Sequence record: NC_042060.1
Length of the DNA stretch: 64,000 bases
Direction: 5' to 3' (one strand)
Shown one piece after another: positions 57,063 through 64,000 of this stretch (its first letter is position 1; each line of letters starts with the position of its first letter). Position numbers and translations under genes: made by a program. Under the pieces are notes generated by a model, which was given only the letters and a program-made list of their open reading frames with translations, did not search any database and was not told the origin of the DNA.

Positions 57063-57425
57063 ATGGCGTTCACACTGTTAGCTAATCAGCCAGATTCAGG
57101 TGAATCTGTTTATTATGAACCAGGGTTCAGATTAATTATTGAGACTCATTTGAATATCTTACGTAATGTCAGATCCACACGTATTCAGATTCCACCTGAA
57201 CTGTATTACCAGTTCGAAGGAAACTTTTATGGATACATGGCAGAACGCCGTGTCAATCCTGATATGTGGTGGATTCAAATGCGTGTTAATGGTTTAGTTA
57301 GCCCTTATGATTTTGGTAAAGTTCTAAGGGATCCTTCAGCTAATGATTACACCAGCTATTTAATCATACCGAATAACGACATGATTCAACACCTCGTTAG
57401 CTTATATCAAACTAAAAAGTTTTAA
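57063..57425 (+). CDS. Small protein, possible LysM/T4 gp53-like fold
   Basis: Start at MAFTLL; motif MWWIQMRVNGLVSPYDF. Confidence 0.65.
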   Translation: MAFTLLANQPDSGESVYYEPGFRLIIETHLNILRNVRSTRIQIPPELYYQFEGNFYGYMAERRVNPDMWWIQMRVNGLVSPYDFGKVLRDPSANDYTSYLIIPNNDMIQHLVSLYQTKKF

Positions 57426-57430
57426 AGCAA

Positions 57431-57465
57431 GCCAGGGGACCCTTAGGCCCCCTGGTTTATGCCGT
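57431..57465. terminator. Bidirectional terminator
   Basis: ccagggg/cccctgg stem followed by tttatgccgt. Confidence 0.75.
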
Positions 57466-57466
57466 G

Positions 57467-58846
57467 TTACAGTAGACGACCCATCATTTGGTTTCCACCT
57501 AGATTCATCATCGCGGTGTTACCATTACCAGCTAGAGCGGGGTTTAGTGCTTGTGCAAATCCACCACCCATCGGCATTTGATTGCCCATGAGTTGCATCA
57601 TTTGCGGATGCATATTAGCCATCATTGGTTGCTGTGGCTGCATCATCCCAGGCATTGCAAAGTTATTGTTCATCATAACAGGTTGTTGCATCATTCCGGG
57701 TTGAGCAAATTGGTTTTTCTGCCCAGCGTTTAGAAGATCTTGGATAGATGCTTTATTGCTAGTTTGAACTTGTTGTGCGGGACGTTGAGGTGCCTGAGTC
57801 ATTGCTACAGCTTGACTCATAGATGGATTAACATTCACAGTTGTGCCTACTGGTACACGTGTAGAAGTAGTTTGTTCTTTAGCAGTATTACCCACTTTAA
57901 CTACACTATCCTTTTTCTGGACAGGAATTTGGGCAACTGGGTTTACAGTTTCAGAAGCTTCTTCTTCTACTTCATTGCTGACTCCTTCATTACCATCAAG
58001 AGAGGGGATCTCACGTTGCATCTTTGCAAAATCAGCAATCACCTTCTCATCAACTTTTGAATAAGGTTGAATAGCATCATCGAAGATCAGGCGATACTTA
58101 TCAATAACACTATTTAGTTGAGTAGTGATTTTGTTAAATGCCTGGATAAGACATACAAAATAAGGTGCTACCCGCTCAACTGTTCCTGCTGAATATTCAG
58201 TTGGTGAATCACCAAATGGTACAACTAGTTTAAATAGTTCGATTAGAACTGGCCGCTGTTTCTTAGGTACATTTACTCCAAGGATATCATCTTTAGAATA
58301 AAGATCCTCTACGATAGGGAACCGAATAACGCAGATACGGTTAACTGTCTTCCCATCAAATTTACCATTTGCTTTTAGATACACGCTTACAAAACGTGAA
58401 CGTTTTTCAGCAGCTTTGACAACCTTATTAAACCACTCAATGGTATCTGGCTTAGCACCGGATAGTTTCTTTAGGAAGTCTGAACATTCTGGTGGAATGT
58501 CTTTATGCAGAGTGGAGTCGGCAGCTACTTCTAAAATACGTGAAGTAAGATACTTCACAGTAAACATTAGATTAGCCTTAACTTGACGCTGCATATGCTG
58601 TAGTACTTGAGAAGTACCTAGCCGAGAGATCTTTTCAGATAGCGGGTGGAAGGCGATGTAATCATCGCCTAGCCCTTTACGAAGCCAATCTTTAGTAGGT
58701 ACCACTAGTCGCTTACCATCTACCTTTGCAGGTGCAGGTCGACCAAGTGGATCGAGAATACTGATCATATCCTCTTCACCTACTTTGTATCGGAAAGCAG
58801 GTAATACTTGATCACTATAGAACTTGGAAAGAGAAATCGTAGGCAT
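57467..58846 (-). CDS. Conserved protein (gp70-like) with Q/M/P/N-rich C-terminal tail
   Basis: Start at MPTISL; synteny between gp69 and gp71. Confidence 0.8.
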   Translation of the reverse strand: MPTISLSKFYSDQVLPAFRYKVGEEDMISILDPLGRPAPAKVDGKRLVVPTKDWLRKGLGDDYIAFHPLSEKISRLGTSQVLQHMQRQVKANLMFTVKYLTSRILEVAADSTLHKDIPPECSDFLKKLSGAKPDTIEWFNKVVKAAEKRSRFVSVYLKANGKFDGKTVNRICVIRFPIVEDLYSKDDILGVNVPKKQRPVLIELFKLVVPFGDSPTEYSAGTVERVAPYFVCLIQAFNKITTQLNSVIDKYRLIFDDAIQPYSKVDEKVIADFAKMQREIPSLDGNEGVSNEVEEEASETVNPVAQIPVQKKDSVVKVGNTAKEQTTSTRVPVGTTVNVNPSMSQAVAMTQAPQRPAQQVQTSNKASIQDLLNAGQKNQFAQPGMMQQPVMMNNNFAMPGMMQPQQPMMANMHPQMMQLMGNQMPMGGGFAQALNPALAGNGNTAMMNLGGNQMMGRLL

Positions 58847-60488
58847 TGTTATCACCAAATTTAGGATTGATTTGAGCAGGTTGAGCTACAGGATGTTGAT
58901 ACGGTTGCATGTTAACCGGCTGACCACTACTGTTTAGAATGTTTTGTTGAGTCTTAGTTGGGATAACATTCTTAACAAGATAGGTAAGGTCATTAGAGAT
59001 CATAGCCGGTGCAGATGCATCCCGAGTAATGACTGGACTAAACAGACTATCAATGAAGGTCGGTGCGATGAATCGTTCTACCGATTCATGATTTAGACTG
59101 ATATCAATAACAGTATCACCAGCTAAGTCAGAGTGCATGGAAATTTTAAACGGAATCTGGTTACCATAAGAGATACTGTTAATCGCATCGGTAATAAGAC
59201 GACGTTCAAAGTCATTAATCTGTGGAGTCATATCAATTCCATCCATGATACTCCTGGTACCATTTGGATGCATTTCGAATAGATAGTTATTCGCTCCATG
59301 TCCATTTGTAATTGCAAAGGAGGTTACCCGGAAATAGTTATCCATCATGATTGCTGGAACTACTTGTGCAAGTAGAGATGCTGCAACAGTGTGATGATCT
59401 GCACCACCCCAATGCATGGAATGCTCTGCTCGGTTAACGAAGCGTTGAGAATTACCATTATCCATACCAGCTTTAACTACACCATCAACCAGTAGTTCAG
59501 GGAATACTCGTTGTAGGTCAGCCAGTGTAACAAAGCCACGTTCCATGTAATTGCAGCGTTCTTTTAGAATGCGCATGAACATATTGGAATGGATATCTTG
59601 ATTTCGAAGTACAGCAGATGCATCGCCTAGCATCACTTCATCAGAGACACCTCCAAAGATATTATCGTTATCATTATTAGCCATCTCAGCTTCTTTAACA
59701 GAATGCTGCCATGCATTAAGAGTACTAGATAGATAACGAGTAGGAGAAGTATCACGGCGATTTGAATATTGGAAAGTGCCTGCTTCACCAACACTGGAGC
59801 GTTGGTCAATGATCCGGTCAAATACGCCTTGATGTAGTCCAGTTGATTCAATGCGTTTAGCTACTTGCATCGTTTGCTGAATTTGGAAAACATCTTCTGG
59901 TCGTTGGAGATATGATGAAGTTCCAGTATACATGCTAAACCCGTTCTGAGGGATAGTAATATCACTCATGATATCGACGGGTGCAAGGATCTGGTTAGAA
60001 CCTAGGATATGTGCTTGTTTGACTACACCGAACTCAGTTGGTCGTTGGCGCTCTACAATAACAGTTTCACTATTAAAATAGATACGCATGTTAGGATCTA
60101 GACTATTGCTAAGCGGACTAATAGAGCAATGGTCAGAGCAACCAAATAGAATCCGGCAAGTACGGGTATTACCAAAGAAACGGTTATTCTCCCATACTTT
60201 CATCATGAACCTAAACCGGCGCTCACCCCAACCATTGACGATAGGGACTTCACCTTGAGTTTGAGCACGTGGTGCAATCACATCAGCTGCAATTTGCTGC
60301 ACAGCTGCAACACCTAGATTACGACCATCATTAGTTGCTTCTTTTAAACGTTCAATAGAGTTCTCAGTGACCTCTACCGTAAATGGTCGAACATGCTCAG
60401 GTTGATAAGTACCAGTCTGTACTAGAATGAATGATTCAATCTGTACTTCAGTATTACCACCCATTGCTGAATTATTAAAACCTAACAT
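58815..60488 (-). CDS. Phage-nucleus protein import factor PicA/Imp1-like (gp69)
   Basis: 557 aa immediately downstream of gp68; assigned by synteny with phiKZ gp69. Confidence 0.7.
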   Translation of the reverse strand: MLGFNNSAMGGNTEVQIESFILVQTGTYQPEHVRPFTVEVTENSIERLKEATNDGRNLGVAAVQQIAADVIAPRAQTQGEVPIVNGWGERRFRFMMKVWENNRFFGNTRTCRILFGCSDHCSISPLSNSLDPNMRIYFNSETVIVERQRPTEFGVVKQAHILGSNQILAPVDIMSDITIPQNGFSMYTGTSSYLQRPEDVFQIQQTMQVAKRIESTGLHQGVFDRIIDQRSSVGEAGTFQYSNRRDTSPTRYLSSTLNAWQHSVKEAEMANNDNDNIFGGVSDEVMLGDASAVLRNQDIHSNMFMRILKERCNYMERGFVTLADLQRVFPELLVDGVVKAGMDNGNSQRFVNRAEHSMHWGGADHHTVAASLLAQVVPAIMMDNYFRVTSFAITNGHGANNYLFEMHPNGTRSIMDGIDMTPQINDFERRLITDAINSISYGNQIPFKISMHSDLAGDTVIDISLNHESVERFIAPTFIDSLFSPVITRDASAPAMISNDLTYLVKNVIPTKTQQNILNSSGQPVNMQPYQHPVAQPAQINPKFGDNNAYDFSFQVL

Positions 60489-60504
60489 AGAACTACCTCA
60501 ATTA

Positions 60505-62070
60505 TTACTGATTAAGTTTACCCAGATGAATTACCAGTTCGGTGATCACCGACTTAATTGTGGCCGGTACAACAAGGACTTTATTCTGAGTTACCTGTTC
60601 TGCTTCTTTGAATAAACGATCGGGTCCATGATAGATCCAGTTACTAGATCTAATGGATGCATGTGCAGATTGCACAGCAATGCCCGCAATATTTACAGGT
60701 GCTACTGGAACACCATTAATAGCTCGCTGTTGTCGTTGATGTGGATAAAGCTCATCCATTACGTCCTTATATTTAATTTGAATACGTGTACTATTACGTG
60801 GTTGAATGGACATTGCATGTTCACCACTATAATACAACTCTACTTGCATAAATACAGCAACTTGTTGGAAACCCCAATGCCACATTAGTGACTGAGCTGC
60901 TGCCAACAAATGGTTAACTGCATTTTTATTAATGTGGCTGAATGCTCTTGCAGGGAAAGCTTTGTGCATCACCCATTGTGCAAGTAATATCTGGTGTGGA
61001 TAGATATCTTTAGTAGCTGTAACTGCAACGCAATCTAGACATTCCTGAATTAACTCTACTGGGACAGTGTCATCGATTTTGTGAACCAGTTTAACTACAT
61101 CAAGAGCATCTAAGTTATAAGCTACGATATCACCAGGAGTAACTCGCTGTTTAGTTTTATGCGATTCGATAAATGATGTTTTATCATCATCATCAATACC
61201 ACCTTTATCTGGCCGTTTATCATTAACCCGGTCAGCAGTTGATCGTTCAGCAGGGTTTAGATTTGACTTAACATATCTAAACATATTTGAAACGATGGAA
61301 TGTGAGGTGGCATCGTTTAATGGTAGGATGGTTAATCGCCTAACCATAACTTTAGCCTGTAAGATATCCGGCACTTCAGCTGAACTCATACCTCTATAAA
61401 GGTTGGCTAAGGTGGGTGCTTCATCTTCTACACAAAACTTAACATATGCACTTAGCTTATCATAAGCTGTTTCTACTGGAGTTCCATCAATTGATATTTC
61501 ATCAACAGGCCAATGGTTAACCTCACAATCCGAGATGAGACTAATTACTTCACACTCTTTATGCATTTCCTGAGAAGTGCCCTGATCAATAAACTCGCCC
61601 CAAATAGGTACTAAAGGACGAAGAGCTAGTGATACAGATGCAAGGTTAATATAGTCATGTTTCAGATATGTTTGATCTGGTCGATTATATCGTGAATCAT
61701 CAGTGATAACTTCTTCAATATCTACTGGAATATAAAGTTTACCAATAGTTAGTAGCCATCGCCGAAAACTGTTCATCGGCATGGCTTTATACATCTCTTT
61801 GATGTAATAGGATAGACTCATTGCAATCCTCATCGGATCCATAGCCATATCCATGATCTTACGAATTTCTACATAACAATTCCAGATATGTTGTTGTGTC
61901 TCAGCACTTAGGCCACTCCAATAATCATTGATTTCTTGGAATACGCGTTGTTGATCTTGTACACGGATTTTACTATAAGCCGTAGTTGTCCAAGTTAAAC
62001 GTTTACCATTGTGTTCTGTAGCCACTTCAGTAAAACCAGTACCTTGAACTCCTGTAACGATGATTTGCAT
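60505..62070 (-). CDS. gp68: Non-virion RNAP promoter-specificity (sigma-like) subunit
   Basis: 521 aa from MQIIVTG; sequence recognised as phiKZ gp68. Confidence 0.93.
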   Translation of the reverse strand: MQIIVTGVQGTGFTEVATEHNGKRLTWTTTAYSKIRVQDQQRVFQEINDYWSGLSAETQQHIWNCYVEIRKIMDMAMDPMRIAMSLSYYIKEMYKAMPMNSFRRWLLTIGKLYIPVDIEEVITDDSRYNRPDQTYLKHDYINLASVSLALRPLVPIWGEFIDQGTSQEMHKECEVISLISDCEVNHWPVDEISIDGTPVETAYDKLSAYVKFCVEDEAPTLANLYRGMSSAEVPDILQAKVMVRRLTILPLNDATSHSIVSNMFRYVKSNLNPAERSTADRVNDKRPDKGGIDDDDKTSFIESHKTKQRVTPGDIVAYNLDALDVVKLVHKIDDTVPVELIQECLDCVAVTATKDIYPHQILLAQWVMHKAFPARAFSHINKNAVNHLLAAAQSLMWHWGFQQVAVFMQVELYYSGEHAMSIQPRNSTRIQIKYKDVMDELYPHQRQQRAINGVPVAPVNIAGIAVQSAHASIRSSNWIYHGPDRLFKEAEQVTQNKVLVVPATIKSVITELVIHLGKLNQ

Positions 62071-62103
62071 TTTAACCTCTTTTACCAATGTAGATACATG
62101 TTA

Positions 62104-62111
62104 GTAATATA
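62104..62111 (-). promoter_or_regulatory. Early promoter TATATTAC upstream of gp68
   Basis: tttgagatcTATATTACta. Confidence 0.85.
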
Positions 62112-62195
62112 GATCTCAAATTTTTTTTAGTATAACGGTATTTAGTGCTGAGGGCATATCGGTGCCTACTTCGAGAGTAAGCACCGAAATATGTT

Positions 62196-62936
62196 TTAGA
62201 AGGAAGGCATATCCTCATCAAAAGCTGAGTCATTATAACTATTATTAGCCGGCTTAGCATAACTATTATTGCCACCGTTGTTATAGTTATTGCGCTGACC
62301 ACCGTTATTGTAACCACCGCTATTACCATTACCCTGATTGAAATTAGCAGGGTTAGATACACCTTTAGCATCTGGATCGAATTCAGTTACTAGAAGATGC
62401 ATTACTAGTTTATATGCGGGGTCTAGGAAACCGTATGCATAAGCATCAGACATTTCCTTAGGTGATAGCTGACTACCATCTGCTTTGCGGATATCATGGA
62501 ATTGGGACGGGCCAAAGAAGAATTTGATCTTTGGACGATCAGGTTGAGTGCTCAGCACTGCGATGTAAATTCGACCATCTTGTGCACGGCCAACATGTAG
62601 CTTAGAAAGCTCAATAAAATTATCACGCTTTTTACCAGCTACGAAGTTATTGCGGTAAACAAAGACGCGTTCAGTATCTTCAGTTTTACCTTCAATTAAG
62701 TCCATTGCAAACTTAATGAAACATGCAAAGGTTGCTAGGTCAGTATTGAACTCAATTTTACCATGGTCTTTATCACCAGGTACATTAGTACGAACAGTAA
62801 CCCGTGGTTGGTTTTTAAACAGACCAAATCGTAGCGTCGGTCGTTTTTGAGAACCCTCACATGGTTTGGCATGTAGCCAAGTATTCATTACGTTAAAAGG
62901 GTTAACTACGGGTGCATTAGGCTGCTGTTGTGACAT
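62196..62936 (-). CDS. Conserved protein (gp67-like) with SSB-like G/N linker and acidic tail
   Basis: 246 aa; ends SAFDEDMPSF. Confidence 0.8.
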   Translation of the reverse strand: MSQQQPNAPVVNPFNVMNTWLHAKPCEGSQKRPTLRFGLFKNQPRVTVRTNVPGDKDHGKIEFNTDLATFACFIKFAMDLIEGKTEDTERVFVYRNNFVAGKKRDNFIELSKLHVGRAQDGRIYIAVLSTQPDRPKIKFFFGPSQFHDIRKADGSQLSPKEMSDAYAYGFLDPAYKLVMHLLVTEFDPDAKGVSNPANFNQGNGNSGGYNNGGQRNNYNNGGNNSYAKPANNSYNDSAFDEDMPSF

Positions 62937-63022
62937 GATGTGATAACTCCAAATTAAAACTAGATTCTTTTAACTAGATGGGAAATGATTTCTACGTAAT
63001 ATTATCGCAACAAGTATTTCTT

Positions 63023-63853
63023 CTATTTGAATTTCTTGTATGCTTCTTTTAACTCTTTAGAACCATAAGCAGTAATGTCATGATGAACTTTATCTGGTGT
63101 TGTTAATCCTGTCCATTTTCTAGATTGTGCCAATTGTTTTAATTGCGCACGAATAGCTTTGTCTTGTGGTTCAAGTAATTGTTTATCGCCAAATATCTGT
63201 ATAGCAAATGATGTAAAAGGAAATGGAGTATCTTCTTTTAAACCATTTAGTTTAGTATACCACATGTTGTATGTCTTTATTTTACCCGTATGGGATTCCA
63301 ATAAAAGAAGTCTATTAAAATGGGGTTTCCATAATAGTTCATGTGGGAAATGGGTTAATAGTAAAACAGTACCTTCAACCTTTGGAGGTTTATTAGATAT
63401 TTCCATTGTAGTTAAATCTGTATCTTTTAACTTCTGGTATAGTTCAATTGATACAAATCGTTCATAAACATCATAAGCTAATTGTTGCGGTGTTCGTGAT
63501 ACTTTAAATGTAGCTTTAGGGAATAACCACTTCACTGCATCTCGACCAGTAATGTAATATTTTACAGTTGCTTTTATCCCCGATTGCCGTAAAGCAACCG
63601 GGATTGTTTGTGCTTCTTGAAATAAAACATCGACTGCTGCAACCAAGTTAATATTAGTTTGTTGTTCAGACTTCATAGCCTGCCACATATTTCTTGCAAG
63701 AGTACGGACATTAATCCATATTTCTTTAATAGACTTAACATCAGTTGGTTGTCTAGGCTTTTGTGGATGTGTTCCTATAAGCCCTTCGAGAGCAAAAGAA
63801 GTTCCAATGCTAATCGGAATATTAGCACCTACATCTCTCTCGATAATATCCAT
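63023..63853 (-). CDS. Conserved protein (gp66-like), possible degenerate 5'-3' exonuclease/PIN fold
   Basis: 276 aa; IWINVRTLARN and LLLTHFPHEL patterns (inference). Confidence 0.65.
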   Translation of the reverse strand: MDIIERDVGANIPISIGTSFALEGLIGTHPQKPRQPTDVKSIKEIWINVRTLARNMWQAMKSEQQTNINLVAAVDVLFQEAQTIPVALRQSGIKATVKYYITGRDAVKWLFPKATFKVSRTPQQLAYDVYERFVSIELYQKLKDTDLTTMEISNKPPKVEGTVLLLTHFPHELLWKPHFNRLLLLESHTGKIKTYNMWYTKLNGLKEDTPFPFTSFAIQIFGDKQLLEPQDKAIRAQLKQLAQSRKWTGLTTPDKVHHDITAYGSKELKEAYKKFK

Positions 63854-63865
63854 TATTATTGCCTT

Positions 63866-64000
63866 TTATTTGAACTCTGTCAATAATCCCAATACCCGCT
63901 GGATCTGAGCAGCGTCCGCTGTAAATTTTTCAATATCTGGAATAATTAAATCAGAAATACTTTCTGGAGTTATATCCAAAAATTCTGATAAATCAAAATT
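63866..64000 (-). CDS. C-terminal 44 aa of the upstream gene (gp65 position; SbcD/Mre11-like by synteny)
   Basis: NFDLSEFLDITPESISDLIIPDIEKF...TEFK stop; frame open from the window edge. Confidence 0.55.
   Translation of the reverse strand, partial: NFDLSEFLDITPESISDLIIPDIEKFTADAAQIQRVLGLLTEFK

Overview
64 kb segment of an AT-rich phiKZ-like (Phikzvirus, nucleus-forming) Pseudomonas jumbo phage, in reverse orientation relative to the phiKZ reference and spanning roughly gp121 down to gp65. gp numbers come from recalled phiKZ sequences and synteny, not from a database search. It encodes the major capsid protein, DnaB helicase, an early accessory island (orphan XRE/HigA-like regulator, paralog pairs, small membrane proteins, DarG-like macrodomain), the head/inner-body and baseplate cluster, the exonuclease half of the split PolB, a virion RNAP beta' subunit, an SF2 helicase, non-virion RNAP subunits and nuclear-import-associated genes. 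The most striking signals are absent from the ORF track and suggest translational recoding: (1) a patterned 26-codon in-frame extension behind the capsid UGA, ending right at the terminator; (2) a U-UUU-UUU -1 frameshift joining gp77 to gp76, like tail-assembly chaperones; (3) a start-less 122-codon ORF behind the polymerase, reachable via C-CCA-AAG. Also present are a 307-nt ORF-less group IA intron in the nvRNAP beta gene and a hairpin-dense non-coding region near dnaB. No tRNA, rRNA or CRISPR array was seen.
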